A DNA stretch of 64,000 nucleotides from Eledone cirrhosa (Eukaryota), in assembly GCA_964016885.1 (NCBI GenBank), contig OZ024743.1, positions 43,772,001 to 43,836,000 of the forward strand. The letters run 5' to 3'. The first letter of the stretch is position 1, and the number at the start of each line of letters is the position of its first letter. The translations under genes were made by a program, and so were the position numbers. The notes beneath the pieces were generated by a model. That model was not told the origin of the DNA and made no database searches. It was given only the letters and a program-made list of their open reading frames with translations. Of this stretch, positions 42,753-58,308 are shown piece by piece.

Positions 42753-43904
42753 CAGAGGTTGTGAATGCTCTGCGTCGTGGATAGTTTTAACGTACGGCTT
42801 TTCTTTACTCAACAAGATGTTTCCATAGTTATGCAGCGAGTTCGCGGTAATTTATATGCAGGTTATACTTGGAGTAATAATAGTTAAAGAATGAAGAGTA
42901 ACATGATTGGCTGTACAATAAGGGCTTTATTTAATGTACTGACAATTGTTTCGTTGATCATGTGGGTCTGGAGTTCACTAATCGTATTTGTAAAACTGTT
43001 ATGGTTTTATAAATATAGTTTCCATTTATTAATATCGTATATCTACTCCAAAAATTTGTCGAGTGCTTTATATCAGTTATAAAAATAAATAGAACTTTTG
43101 CATATATTGTGCTCCTATATTGTTGAGCGCTTTACATTATAACTGAAAAAATGGAATTACGTCAAACCTATTTGTAAAACTGTTATGGTTTTATAAATAT
43201 AGTTTCCATTTATTAATATCGTATATATATATATATATATAACAAAGGAATTGTGGTAAGGAACCAGATGGACCTTAATGCATCAGAGTACTCAATACTT
43301 AGTGTAGTAGAGTGGAAAATAGGAAAAAGTATGACCCCGACGGCAGAGTTGAAGCTGTTTCGACGGCTATTTCTGGACTAAATTAGAATTTTTAGCCTGG
43401 TGAATAAATAGCCGAACTTGTCAAGGGGGTACTTCTTTATATCGGAAGATTGTAGTTGTCAAGAAGATTGGTTTAAATGCGTTGTAAACACAAATAAGTC
43501 TATCATGGCATTTGGTGGGAGGTAGGGGTGGCTGAACTTGCCTGTAAAACAATAGGGGAGTGAATGGAGCTGTCAAGCGTGGAAGATGATATGTATACAG
43601 CAGATTCTAAGGATAGTGTATGAAGTGGAGGATGGAGGTTATAGAATAGGTAAATCGGATGAGAGTAGGAGACAATAAAAGAAAATAGAAAGAAATAAAA
43701 AAAATATATAAAATTAGATAGTGAGGGCTTGAGATGTATCTTAACATCGTTGTTGAGTCTTGTTGTCAGGCTCCACTGTAGTGTGGAAAGTGTTGCGTTT
43801 GCCACACAAACATTTGTTAATTTATTCCTGTTAAAGCTGTAAAATATGAAATTGATCGAGTAACAGTCAGTATTTGTTGTTGGAACCTTAGAATCCTCCT
43901 CGAC

Positions 43905-46475
43905 ATTTCTGGACGTTTTCTGGACGTCAGAGACGTAGAACTGCATTTGTGGCAAAATAATTTCAGGGATTGAATACAAATATTGCGGGTTTATCAGAAG
44001 CACGTTTGGCAGGAGAAAAAAAATTAACCGAATTATCTTCAGGTTTCCTTCTTATGTGGTTACGTAAAACCAAAGGTGAACGGATAAAGTGGGTTTTAGT
44101 TTGTGATTAGAACATCCTTACTCGTCTGTATGAAATGTCATTCTCGTGTAAATGATCACATTATGAAGTTTCGTATTTCTTTGATACACCGTCGTATCAT
44201 GAAACACTATTATCCCTCTATGCAAAAGCCCTACAGCCCAGAGAAGACATTATTGATTGACTTTTATCTACGAAATTAATTGTGTTGATATAGAATCCGC
44301 AACTGTTGATGATAAGCTATTGCTTTTTGCTGATTTTAATGCTCGTGCAGTTATATATTATGAGCCGTTAAAAATAGATTCGAATGTGCTCAGAACTTAA
44401 CGAAAACATCTAAAACACAGTTTTTCATGAAAAGTTCAAACTCGAAACTATTTGGTTTCACGCAAGAATCAACCATGTTCACATGATTGAATCTTCATCA
44501 CTCGTAAAGAAGATATTGTACACGAGGCGAGTGTTACGTAGTGCAGAATGTAGCACTGCCTACAAATTGGTGCGGGGAAACTTTATGATGAGCATCCATA
44601 AAACAAATCACATGGATGGGGTGAAAGCACCAAAACGCATTGATGTCACCAAACTGAGCCAAACAGATGTATCTGCAACCTTAACCGAAAGACGTTAGAG
44701 TCCTTATATGGATGACACCTGGGCAAACTTTAGAGATCGGGTTTACGCTATGGAAGCTGAGGTACTTGATTTTAGACAAATGAGACCCCAAAACAACGGT
44801 TCAACTATCAACCAGCTAATGGAAATGAAGCACATATTTCTTGAATCAGAATCATGTATTACGAATGGCTGCCGAGAAAGCCTACAAAGATTATCTCAAC
44901 CATGCAACGCGAACTATGGAAAATTAATAATGAATGGTGTAGGAAATTCAAATCGCTTGTACTAAGAAACAGTTGAAGTGGATTTAAACATTGCTAGCCG
45001 AACAACATCTTCAAACTTGACTGACACCTAAAGACGACGCTAATATCATCAAAGAGCCATCGTAACTACTTCAGCGTTGGGAAGACAACCTCACCAATCT
45101 TTGGAGTTATAGAGACTTTCCTCAATGTGCACCTCATGGAACGACCGCCTTCTCGTGACGAAGTAAAAGTGGCAAACAACTAGGTTAATTCTGGCAAACA
45201 CAAGATAAAGAAAGTTTCTGAAATTCGGAAGTGATACGGTATCAGAAGTGATAAATTACTTCATCATTAATAATTGGAATGGTGCCATGATTCCACAAGA
45301 TTGGATCAATGGTAATCTGTTATCGTTATACAAAAGCAAAAGTGAACATTGATATGCACTAACTATCATTGGATCACTTTATTGAAAACTGTTGGCAATA
45401 TATTCGCAAGACCGTTGATCAGCAGACTGGAGGAAGATTTATATCCTGTAGGTAACCCATAATCACAGATAGGCTTTAAAGCAGAAAGGGAAATATTTGA
45501 TATGACTACAAGATAGATTCAAGTAAAATACATGGAAGAGCGCATACGTCTAACAAAATCTTTCTACACAGTAAACGGAGATCCACTCTGGATTATACTT
45601 GGAAACGCGCCTTGTGAGTTGTTAAATCGGCTGCAAATAAATATGAAAGCTGAAGTTACCTTCAATGTCAAATGTCTGGGGTAACCCAAATTGACAACGG
45701 TGATATTCCTACTTCCACACTATACACTATCTGCTTTACTGTCTGGCTTACACAAGCTTTCTATGATAGTAACAAAGTCATCCCCTTGTGGTTCAGAACC
45801 AGCGGAAACGATTTCAACTTCGGAAGGTTTAATGTCAAAACAAAAACTGTCCATGCTTTCGTCAGAAAACGTATTTACGCTGACAACACTGACTTCTTAG
45901 CCTGCACAGATACTGATATGCAGCGCCGTACGGACAGTTTCTCGACTTCGTACAACGCGTTGGGTCTTACAATCAGCGTCACACATTCCAATACAATGTT
46001 TACTCCTACCCCTGAATACCCATATAACGAACCCGATATCAGGATTCCTGGAACACGCTTAATGGTAGGTGATAAATTCGTCTAGCTGGGCAGCGGACTG
46101 CAGAGAAATGGCCCGTAACATGCTGAAATACATCTGCTCATCTGGAAAATTAGAAAAGCAAGTTTTGTCTGATCGTGATATAACCATCAACACCAAAGTG
46201 AGTGTCTATAGAATGTTTTGACTGCTTTTTATACTCCTCCGAAACCAGGACTATTATACCGTAAACATATTTAATTGCTTTAGTGATTTCAGCAGAAATT
46301 TGTAAGAAGCATACATATAATAAAGTTGCAAAACAGAACCCGTGACATCTATGTCCTTGTCAGATCGGAATGCCCAAGCATTATGTCTCTAGTTACTTAT
46401 ACTCCAATTTGCTTGACATAACACGTTGTTCACATGAATGCCATCAGTATACCAAAGCAACAAATTTACCGCGAT
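43905..46475 (+). mobile_element. Near full-length, highly decayed RTE (BovB-like) LINE
   Basis: APE motifs IAGLSEARLAG, ADFNAR, RVLRSAECST; RT region IYADNTDFLA..DMQR..DSFS...GLTIS; many stops and frameshifts. Confidence 0.85.
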
Positions 46476-46559
46476 TTATATATATATCATAAACTCTCCC
46501 GTCAATTTGGAGCAACCATTCAGTTCATTTAGTTTGAAAGTTTATATCGGGCATGACAT

Positions 46560-47180
46560 TCTAGACCTGTGAATGATTTGCAAGAAAGTCAACAGATTGT
46601 ACAAAGTTGAGTTTCACTGGATAATGTTGCTAGTGTGTTTGATAATGTTGTCTACCCCTCCTTGCTTCTTGTAGATTAAGGATACCACCGGACTCAAAGC
46701 TCCTGGACTCATTATGACTCACATATCTCCCGCTCTTTCACTTCTATGCCACTTGCTCAAATATCTCATTAGGTATATTAGTTGCTGAAAGTTTAATTAA
46801 TCTTCAGCTTGTGTCTGTTCCTGAGTCGTAGTCGTCCAACATTTCTATACCAACCATCAATCTGGCTCTCCATAGCGACTATTGGTATTCTTTTGTCACT
46901 CATTCTGATGGCATCACCAGTCCAACGAAGTTGTGATTTCATACGGAATGTCTCAATTCCCCCAATATTGCACTTGAGGTCAGCGTTAGATATTTTATCT
47001 TCGAGTGTGTACCCGCCATTGCAAGAAAATAACCTTTACTTAATACGTCTAGTTGGTTGATGTGTGACCTATATAGAGTCCATCGATATATGTATAAAAA
47101 AGTTGTATATGAATGGACAGAGGGTTTGTATAATATACACAACGGAGCCTGGATATGTCTATAGTAGCCCGTGATGAGGT
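46560..47180 (-). mobile_element. RTE LINE 3' fragment
   Basis: Minus strand MKSQLRWTGDAIRMSDKRIP...RNVGRLRLR. Confidence 0.7.
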
Positions 47181-47455
47181 CACGGCTGTCTCAGTAGCAT
47201 GATTATCCTACATAAATATTTTGTGTATGCCTTTATATGCACCTCTATTTTGAAAGAAATTATGTTAATGCTACGACTAATTAATCCTAGCTAATCTTTG
47301 TCCACACTCTGATCAAATGATTGTCTCTAGTCGATGTTTTCCTTGCACTATGTGAAAATGTGCATCTCCAGTGGGGGTTTCCTACTACAAAAGAAAAACA
47401 TGTAAGTATTGTCCTCTTCCCATCACAATGTCCACTGAATGAATATCACCAATAA

Positions 47456-48510
47456 CACCGTCTAACAAAAAAAAAAGTTTTCTCTGTTCCTGACTTGTAA
47501 TCACTTTTTTGTGCCAAATAAATAAAAAAGTGCTATTAAACAGTTAAAAGTTTGGGTTTGGAAAAATTCTAAGCTATTCACTAGAATTATTTGTATGCTG
47601 GATTTTACGTTCTATGTAAGTTTAATTTGCTTATGTTAAATGATTTTTTTTATATATGTTTCAGGGTAAATTAAAATTATAAAATAAAGAATAATACTTA
47701 AAAGAAAATTATAAAAGTGCAATAAAGTATAAAATTGTTAAAAAGTGGATTAAAGAGATCTATTGATACTGGATTTCCGCACCCTGAATAAAGGGTAAGT
47801 TGTGTTTTAAGCATTCGACTCAATGATGAATCAGTGGAACTTGGTCAAGGAGGAAGTGCAGGTGACAAGTTAGGGAAGTCGACACGAACCTTTCTCAGGC
47901 TTTTACACTCTTAGGGATAGCCTCTGCTTCTGCCATGACGTGCCTGGACTGTTTGACGTTATTGAGGTGCCGTTTTGCCCCAGGAGTGGCCGCTATTTAT
48001 AGACAGCTCCACCAAAAGTTTGAAGGTTGTCCTCCTCTGCAATGGAAACAAGTTCCCGACACTGTCCCTAGCTCATTCAGTCTGCCTGAAGAAAGATTAC
48101 TACAGTGTGAAAGTCCTCTGGGAAGCTCTGCAATGCAGCCAGTACAATTGGGAAATCATTGGAGACCTTCAAGATGGTGGCTTTCCTGCTTGGACTCCAA
48201 GGAGGTTTTATCAAATTCCAAAGCTTCCTCTGCCTTTGGGACAGCAGAGCCACCCTGACCACTACAAACGAAAGAACTTGGAGCAGCGAACAGAATTTGT
48301 AGTTGGGATCCGGAACCTCATATGGGAGCCACTGGTTGATCCCAGGATTGTGCTCATGCCGCCACTGCACATTAAGTTAGGGTTGATGAAGCAGTTTGTG
48401 AAGGCTCTCAACCAAGAATCAGCCGCTTTTAAGTACCTTCTTGAGTTCTTCCCCAAGTTATCTAAGGCCAAAATCGAAGGTGGAATTTTTGTTGAACCTC
48501 AGATAAAGAA
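47456..48510 (+). mobile_element. DNA transposon fragment, CMC/Chapaev3-like transposase
   Basis: EWPLFIDSSTKSLKVVLLCNGN...IGDL...PPLHIKLGLMKQFVKAL...FPKLSKAKIEGGIFVEPQIK; candidate 5' end CAC at 47456; family assignment from recalled motifs. Confidence 0.65.
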
Positions 48511-48635
48511 TCCCGCCGATATAGAAATTGCTTTCCCTCCTTTCAAGATCAGTTAGATAAAGAACTTGTCGATATAATCGACTAACACCTCACGAATATA
48601 TTTCTTATCCTCTGCCTCTGGTATCGGTGAAAGCA

Positions 48636-48658
48636 ATAGTAGTAGTAGTAGTAGCAGC

Positions 48659-48715
<57 letters not shown>

Positions 48716-48767
48716 CGTAGTAGTAGTAGTAGTAGTAGTAGTGCTGGTGTCGATGGTGGTGGTTGTG

Positions 48768-48808
<41 letters not shown>

Positions 48809-48982
48809 TCTGGTGTCGATGGTGGTGGTTGTGGTAGTAGTAGTAGTAGTAGTGTCGATGTCGATGGTGGTGGTTGTGGTAGTAGTAGTAGTAGTATGAT
48901 CATCAGCAGTAGTAGTAGCAGCAGCAATATAAGTAGTAGTAGTAGCAGTAGTAGTAGTAGAGGTAGTAGTAGTAGTAGTAGT
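48636..48982. repeat. (TAG)n trinucleotide tract with three interspersed gtcgatggtggtggttgtgg units
   Basis: Direct reading. Confidence 0.95.
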
Positions 48983-51248
48983 ACTTGTCAAATTAGTAGC
49001 AGTAATTCAATGATAGGCGTACTATATAACATTCTAATTGAAATATGCATGTGTTAGGAAAATCAATAGTATATCTAGACATAACAGCACTTAACTATAT
49101 AACTATGAACTTTGCTAAATTATTAAAATGCAGTTCTTTACGAACTGTAAATGTATTATTTATACAATTTTTTATTCTCCTACATTTTCCGGTATTGAAC
49201 AAGATTTTTCAGATCGTGTATTTTAAATTAGGTTTCGTAATTTGCTCCGTTTATGTTTATGTTTATCTTCCAATTTAATAATAAATGTGGTCTACTTTCC
49301 ACTATATAATTGCTATTAATACACAGCTTGTAACACTATCATTATAGGAATATATATAGTTATAATTCCTATTATTCAAGATGGAAGACATAATTCAGCA
49401 GATTCCAATACTTTATTTCTTTTTAATTTCCGTTTATTTATTTTTTATCAATCTCCAGCTGAGGAGCTCTTTATTATTATTTTTCTTCCTTTAAAAAGAT
49501 TAGATTTTTAGGACGAGAATTGTACAGAGATTGACATGTTTAATTAGCATTCAAAAATATTATTTAACGTTAAAATGGCTGCTCGGCATAAAAAAAAAAT
49601 AAATATTATGAAATATTTCCCGAACATATTCATTCTGGATTTGAAGAGACATCAAATACCGTATCGACAGATACATTTCTGATGAATGCCGACAGCGATC
49701 CTTAATATCTATTTCGATATTTTATTTAATTTATATATTTTCTAATTGAATTCAGCTTATGATGCCAACCGTAAAACACTTGATTTTCATTGAGTACATG
49801 ATTCTGTACAATTCTTTCATATATATTTCTAGTGGCTACCAATTTATCAAATAAATCAAAATCGAAAATTATTTGCACAAATGAGTACAGATTGGGGCTA
49901 GAAGCGAACGACCATTTTCAGATACATATCAAATAATGAAGGTATAGATTGTGTAAAGAATATTATATTTAAGAGAATACAAAGTTAATTTTTTAAATCA
50001 ATATTTTGCCCTGCAAACTATCGTAAAATTGTGTAAGTATTGCTCAAATAAAACGGATATTAACGGAACATATTCAAGTAAATAGGGACTTATGCCAATA
50101 GCGCTCTTAATTCGATGTAATTCCACAATCAGGAAAATTATCCGTAAATGTGTTAACTTTCAGTGTTAATGTAAATACATCTAATATTAACAGGTTTTGG
50201 TTTATGTCGAGGTCTATACTGCCCCGTTCCAGGTTCTAGTGTGACATATAAAAAATAGTATTACTATCAAATTTAATGGGTAAGCCATTCTGAAAAGAAT
50301 ATGCACAATTTTCTTTTCCATTTTCTCAATTCAAACGTGACTGATATTTTTACGTGAATTAATAACACCCAACATAAATTCGGAAATTCACTTTTTAATA
50401 TATAAAATAAATAAACTAACATGATATGTGATCTGAGCAGGGTCACATTATTTTCTATAAACATTTCCCTATTTATAGATATTCTAAACTTTCTTTGGAC
50501 ATTTATGAATACTTTCACATCTAAATTATTCTATAACAATTAAAACAATATTGAATAGTAAAGTTTATTTCGGAAGTATGTACACCATGGAACATGCGCA
50601 GCTGTTAATAGATTATTTATGAGTTTATGATAAATTAATACAATTGAATACAAAACAACATCATTAGTAAATTGATATATATATTTTTAAATTTTATAAT
50701 TTTATAATTATATAAATAGCAGCAAGTTTCTCTGTTTAGGACGTTATTATAACTCTTTGGATATACATTGGGTATAATATGCTTTTAAACATTCCTTCAG
50801 AAAATATTCCTGTATTTTTAAGTAAATATATTTTAAACTATACTTCTTTAGTATAGATATTAATATAAAATGCTAATGATGTTAGCTATGGAAAACCCAT
50901 CATTATTGATAGCAATATTTATGTTGATTTTAATAATCACATTCCTTTTATTTTCTATAAACAATATTTGATCACATTTTATATGCAAGAGATGTTTTAA
51001 CCAGAAAATGTTTTTTATAATATTTCTAATATTTTATTAAATACATATTATTCTGTTATCGTGCCATGTGACGATAATAGCGTACAAAATCGCATATATC
51101 CGAATTGAGTTCGGATCTAGCTGTCGAAACGACCGGAGCTCAGCCGTCGGGGTCCCGAATCTTTTCATATTACACACTCTACTACCCCAAGTATCGAATA
51201 CTCTTGTAGGTTATGGTCCACCTAGTTTGTACCTCACCCTATCAGATA

Positions 51249-51307
<59 letters not shown>

Positions 51308-52219
51308 GTAGCTTTTTTTGTTTTGTGTGCAATCATATATAAATAATATATTAATATATCAACTATGTTCCCTGAGAGAACCATATTTTCATTTTTCAAA
51401 CTGACGGATATCTTCTACATCTACATATATGTATACACTCTTGCAAATGGTGTATTAACCCACAAGCATAAACCGCTTGACACCACGGTCTAGATTATGT
51501 TTAGAAATATATGGAAACACAAAGGACATATCCCCTCTTCAGTTGTATAAAGTGGGTCTTGGAGTTTTCGACACATCAAAGAAAATATCTCTAACCACAG
51601 TTCGAAAAGAAAAGACGAGGAGACGAGAGCGAAGAGAAAGAAAATAAATAAACAGAAAAAATGGAGAAGAAAATACACAGAAACATACTGATAGAGGGGG
51701 CGGGGGTACACGAGGAGTACTACTTGTATGTAGCAGTAACCGCAGGAGAGAAGTTAGACGTTGGGCGGGCGTAAGCCCTGGGAGCTTATTAACAGCGAGA
51801 TGGGGAGGGCGAAGAGAAACGTGTGTGATCTTGGCGAGAAGAGGCGTAAAGAGAGTGAGACTAAGGAAAACGGAAGTAGTAAGGGAGCAAAGAGAAAGTG
51901 GATAAGTGAGTGGGAGAGAGAGAGGGGGGAGAGAATATGTGAGTTGAAGAGAGTGGGAGAAAGGGAGAGTAAGAAAGAAAGAGGGAGAAAGAAGGAAGGA
52001 AATGAGTTAATAATAACAACAAGCGGGAAAGAGAGAATATGTCGAAGGTCACAGTAATAAATTAATAAACATTTAGAAGGTACAAGGTGTTGTATGTTTA
52101 CTAATAACAAGTGTTTAGAAACATGAGGAAAACAGAAACAACGGACATATTTGATGCGTCGAAACGTCCGAGACACACAGCAGAAAACTGAAGAGGGGAC
52201 AGTCCTTTGTTTGTGTTTT

Positions 52220-52266
<47 letters not shown>

Positions 52267-54828
52267 TGTGTGTGTATAACGATTTTTTTGGTTTCAGACA
52301 GGCTGATACATGTGTGTTTAAGATCCGTTGCTCCTTGTAAACATGCAATGCCAATATAACAGTAACCATAATCTACCATTCAAGATGTTTGTAAACAGGA
52401 ATACAACCGAAAATATTTTAGCTATAGGGAGATTTCTAAGTCTTTTCCTACTGTTTGGTTCTTTTGCAATATCCCTTCCTCGTTGTCTCAGTGCAATTTG
52501 TGACATGAATAAAATCATGTAGTCAGAATATGTGAGAGCACCACACTTATTTAAAGCATGTAGCAAAGTTTCGTTATGAATAGGGATTGTTACATTGTCA
52601 GTGTTGAGGGAAGTGGTACATTTGTGTAATGCTTTGCAAGAACATCTTTGAATTTTGCAGTTGAACTGTGAGACACATAACAAATGATTGAATCTATCAA
52701 GCATAAAACCATTATACCAATAATTGTTCCATGCCATTTCCTTGCAATACCCATCCTATTACTTCTCTCTCTCAATCAGGTAATTTCGAAATTACAACAT
52801 CTAATCCACAACATTCTCACACATCCTTTCCTTAGAATCAATTATCCTGTAACAATCCAAAATAAATTCATACAACCGACCATTCTATGCGAAGAAAATT
52901 GTTTTAAAGGTTCAAATTATATTGAAATGTATTTCTTCCGCAATCAAGTACACATTCACAATTATATTACACTTGCCCATAAAAAAATGGTATGCGTTTG
53001 TGTATAACTGTGTGTGACGAGTATTGTATGAACTTTAAAGTCTCAAAATGGCGATGTCAGAGTAGACGAAATAAGTTAGATATTCTAATTAATATTAACA
53101 CTTTTACATGTTGAATTTAATTTCATAATGCCATTGAACTTGTACTAATTGTATAAAGAGAATTGAGAAAATTGTGTATATATGCATTGCACGTTTGCTG
53201 GCATACCTCACCACACACACCTCTGAAAACGAAATTTGCCTTTAACATTCATATGCTCCCACACAAAACTGTCATTCACATGCAGCCCAAACATAACATG
53301 ACAAAGCTGATCCATGAACTACATGAACAATGGTGTTGAAAAATTCTTGGAGGGAAACATGACAATCTAATAATTTCTATAACACGAAACCTTATCGCCA
53401 CTCAGATGAAAGAAATAGACTTTGACCTAAAGCTTTCTCTATGCATACAGCATAATGCAACAGTTTCAAAGCTGTTGCAAACAACGATCTCCTATGAAAC
53501 ACCCACATATTGCATATTACAAAATGAGGTGATTTATATAACGCATTCTGAAATATGTGGTGAACAATGTTTTATGAAAGACAGTACAATGACAGTTAGA
53601 ATAAAGAAGTGAAAACAAATGCCAAACTAAAATAATTTTACCTCATATTTCATGATAGTTCATGGTAAAACACCCGAGACCAAACAAAATGAGAATGTGG
53701 TGTGATGGTTATAATGCCAGTCAGCTTTAGCGAAAAGCTTAATTGACTATGGAATTTCACGCTAGCTACAGCAAAAGCATCCATTCTTATCCGTTGGATA
53801 GATTATGTAAGAAGTACACAAGAGCAGTAGGTTGTCTGTCATGGCACTGCTCCTACGTATATACAGCGACCATAGACTACATCAAACAGAAGCATAAAAG
53901 ACGTGTAGATACACATTAATTCAAAATCATACTGAAACCATTCGAACACTGATAGTATGCTCCATAACTAGTAAAATCCTTTTAAAGTTTATGAAAATAT
54001 CAGGCTGTACAACACCCAGGAACGCAAATACTTCGTTAGATACCTCACACATTTTTGCATATGATTTTTAAAATAGAAAATATTAAATATTCGTATATGT
54101 AATAAAAGTGAGGTTGTACGGGAGAAACACATGTATATTATTAGATCAATTGGATTAGGAATTTATTCAATAAATTTCCATGAGAAATATGTTAGAAAAA
54201 AAACGTGTTAGTCTAAAGGTGACAAGCACACACACACGTATGCACACACACGCACACACACATATACAAATACACACTCACACACATATACATATACGTT
54301 TATATATATATATATATATATAAGTGATAATTCCATTAAAATATACATAAAACAATTACGTGTGCATGTAGCTCGTGTATATTAAAATTATTAAATTACA
54401 TATATTTAATTGAATATGCATTGTAAACACAATGTTAAGCACATTTCGCCTCTTCAGCAACCATAGTAATCATTAAAGGTAAAATCAATTTGGATTCACT
54501 GTGATGACAGTCTTCTAATATATAACTGTATGTGTATAAGGAGAAGTATTTTACTGTGTGTGTGTGTGTATTTATATTCATATATATATAATGTGTGTGT
54601 GTGCGCATGTGCATGAGTGTGTGTGCGTCCGTGCGTGCGTATGTATACATGTGTGTGCGTGCGGCAGAGAGGGAGAAAAAATGTGTGCAAAGTCAACAAC
54701 GATCAAAATTCGAAGAATCACTAAAATCCAACGCAGCGAACTTGGTATAATGAATGTTATTAGATTGACACATAAACGAAAAAGGAAATATATGATTGTA
54801 TGTATGTTTGTCTATATACATATATTTG

Positions 54829-54883
<55 letters not shown>

Positions 54884-56093
54884 TGAGTGTATATGTGTGT
54901 GAACTTATATATTCTGTATACATCGATATGAATAGAGAGGTATAGAGCAGGACAGGTTAAGAAAAGGAGTGGTAGAGAGAGATCCGTCATATGTATGTGT
55001 GTACATTTTAATCTATTCTCTTCACAAATTAATTGCACGAATTCTTACGTCAATATTAATGAATTCAATATATTTGACATGTACGTGTTTTCTGCCACAC
55101 CAAAGAACATAATTTTGTAAACACACATCACCAGAAGATGCTATGGTATATGTTTATGTTTGTTCTTGTTTTATAATTCCGCCCGTCTTTTAAACATTTA
55201 TACATTTTAAATATATTTTTATACACTTTTTATCGCATGCTCACCTATAATTCAATAATGTCACATACGTTAACGATGTTTTCCCCAGCCGTCACACATT
55301 TTTCTCAAACTTTATCATTAGTCATTCTCGATTAGTCGTTTACATGTATCAGTAATTAAACTTAAACCACATTTCACATTTTTCACACTAGGTACATATT
55401 TTGTTCATCCATGTTATTTTGAATTCTTAATGTTTAAGCAGTAAATAAAGACGCACATACACACACGCAGACACACACACACATATGCACACACACACGC
55501 ACACATACACACACACACACATACACACACACACACACACGCACAAACACTGATGAACTTATTCCAATTGAATCTTGCATAGTGACTGAGGGGCAAATTG
55601 ACGCTAGTGTCGTGTGAATTGTAACCACTTAAGATTCAGACATGATCATTTCCGAAACACGTGATTGGGTGCGTTTCCGGAGAAGATATGTGGAAGTAAA
55701 ACTGCAATCGCTTTTATATATATATATATATTATATATGTGTGTGTGTGTGTGTGTGTGTGCGTGTGTGTGTGTGTGTGTGTATGTGTGTGTGTATGTGT
55801 GTGTGTGTGTGCGTGTGTGTGTGCGTGTGTGTGTGTGTATGTGTGCGCGTGTGTGTGTGTGCGTGTGTGTGTGAGCGTATGTGTGTGTATATATAGTGAA
55901 CGATTGAAGAATAACATGGTCGGCTGGACAACAAGGGATTGTATTTCAAGTATTAACAAGTGTTTCATTAATCAGGTGAGTCTAAAGGTCGATAATCAGT
56001 CGAAGTTGCGTCACTCGATCTTAAATACAGTGTTTACTGTATTAGAGTATTCACAAACTCTAACTGAATTTCCTATAACGATAACTTGTCATC

Positions 56094-56161
<68 letters not shown>

Positions 56162-56760
56162 TATCAATAATAATGAGTTCAAAACTCAAGCAGTCTTTTA
56201 CAATGAAATAGCTCAAAGAAAGAAGTATTTCTGAGCCGTGTAATACAAGTTAATATAAATTAATATATTTGATAGTATCACTGATAGTATTATTGATAGT
56301 ATCATTGCTCATTTGTTGAGCTGAATTTAGCCCCATACAAACGGCTGTTATTTCTAGCAGCACGAGTATGTGACAGCTAGACACTGGATAACCGCGTGAA
56401 ATACCATGTGCGTTAATCAGTCTTTCTAAATATTTTGAAGTGAAACATACCAATTTTTATAGTGCTTGCTGAGGAGATCAAAATGCGGTATTCTTTCACT
56501 TTTTCATTATTCGAAACATATTTGTATTTTAACGTTTAAACCTGTCTACGGAACAGATTTGATTTTGAAATTTAAATTTGTCCAAGCACTACGGCCATTG
56601 CCAATATGATTTGTTTTTATTGATTTATTATCTTAAATCGAGACAGGGAAAATGTATTAGTATTATTAGTATATTTCAATCTAGCTAACCTGGTCATTTA
56701 CAATACAAACATGAATATGTTGGTATTTGTGTTTATCAAATATATTAATTTATATTAACT

Positions 56761-56807
<47 letters not shown>

Positions 56808-57014
56808 TAAGTATATATACGTACATACATATATGTATACAGATGTACAGTAGTATGTATATACATACATGCACACATATATATATATATGTGTGTGCAT
56901 GTATGTATGCATATACATACTACTGTACGTCTGTATACATATATGTATGTTCGTATACATACTTACATTTAAGTATCAGCCGTACTAAGAGTCAGAAATG
57001 AAATTTCATTTTTT

Positions 57015-57929
57015 CCAGGCGTGTCAGAAAAATTCCAGGACTGATGTCACAAAATATTTATTTCAAACCCAAACTTCACACTATTAGTTTTCTCCTTCAA
57101 AGTAATCCCACTGGACTATGTAACTGTAATCCTAGCTCTCTGCAGCGATCGCATTTTTTTCTTTATAATTTTATATACATTTCCTCTGTTTTGGGTCGTT
57201 AATCAATGAGCACAAAGCAACGAACAAACTTGAAGTTTCTGATACGGTTGGCGAATACTCCATCAGAATCACTGGGATTGCTTCAGCAAGTATATGGAGA
57301 TGAGACGATGTCACGCTCACGTGGTTTTGAGTGGTGCAAGAGGTTTATAGAAGGAGGCGAGGACGTGGAAGATGACCCCAGGAGCGGAAGGCCCTCAACA
57401 ACCAGGACTGAGGTCAACGTTGAGCGCGTCAGGAAGATGGTGCGTAGCGATCGTCGGCTGGCTGTTCGACTGATGGCAAATGAGCTGGGCATGAATCGGG
57501 ACAGCGTCTGGAAGATTCTCACTAAAGATTTAGACATGCAGAAATTCTGCGCGAAGATGGTGCCAAAACTGCTGAACGATGACCAAAAGGGTCGACGCAT
57601 GCAAGTGTGCCAGGACATCCTCGAGCGTCTTGAAACTGAACCTTACTTGCTAGGCAGAGTCATCACCGGTGATGAGTCATGGATCTTCGAGTACGACCCG
57701 GAGGGTCCCCGCTTTGAAGACGTGGACGAGATCAAAAGCCGTGACGACGGAAATGCCGAGGATCCCGGAAGAATCCTTCCAGGAGTGCATGCAAGCGTGG
57801 CAGAAAAGGATGGAAAAGTGTATTAGACTCCAGAGGGATTCATTTGAAGGGGAACACTCTTACTGTGAAGTTTGGGTTTGAAATAAATCTTTTGTGACAT
57901 CAGTCCTGAAACCTTTCTGACACATCTCG
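57015..57929 (+). mobile_element. Internally deleted mariner transposon (copy 1), ~66-bp TIRs, ORF 57206-57826
   Basis: TIRs 57015-57080 and 57864-57929 followed by TA; HTH region EDDPRSGRPST, AKMVPKLL, ITGDESWIFEYDPE, then a deletion that removes the rest of the catalytic domain. Confidence 0.92.
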
Positions 57930-57937
57930 TATATATC

Positions 57938-58105
<168 letters not shown>

Positions 58106-58177
58106 TCCATGCAAATATATATATATATATATATATATATTTCCATGGAATCATATATATAATCACATATATATTAA

Positions 58178-58308
<131 letters not shown>

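Noticed and set aside
48553-48991. Poly-Thr (mucin-like), poly-Leu and poly-Val ORFs
   Set aside because: All frames of a (TAG)n tract; no splice or domain context
51505-52222. Inverted pair containing CTGAAGA and GAAACGTC as a hammerhead
   Set aside because: The boxes are in the wrong order for type I and no stem II pairing supports a permuted form; probably a decayed PLE end
52684-53007. IIPIIVPCHFLAIPILLLL as a Cys-loop receptor TM1
   Set aside because: No other receptor motifs; likely the antisense shadow of the minus-strand decayed sequence
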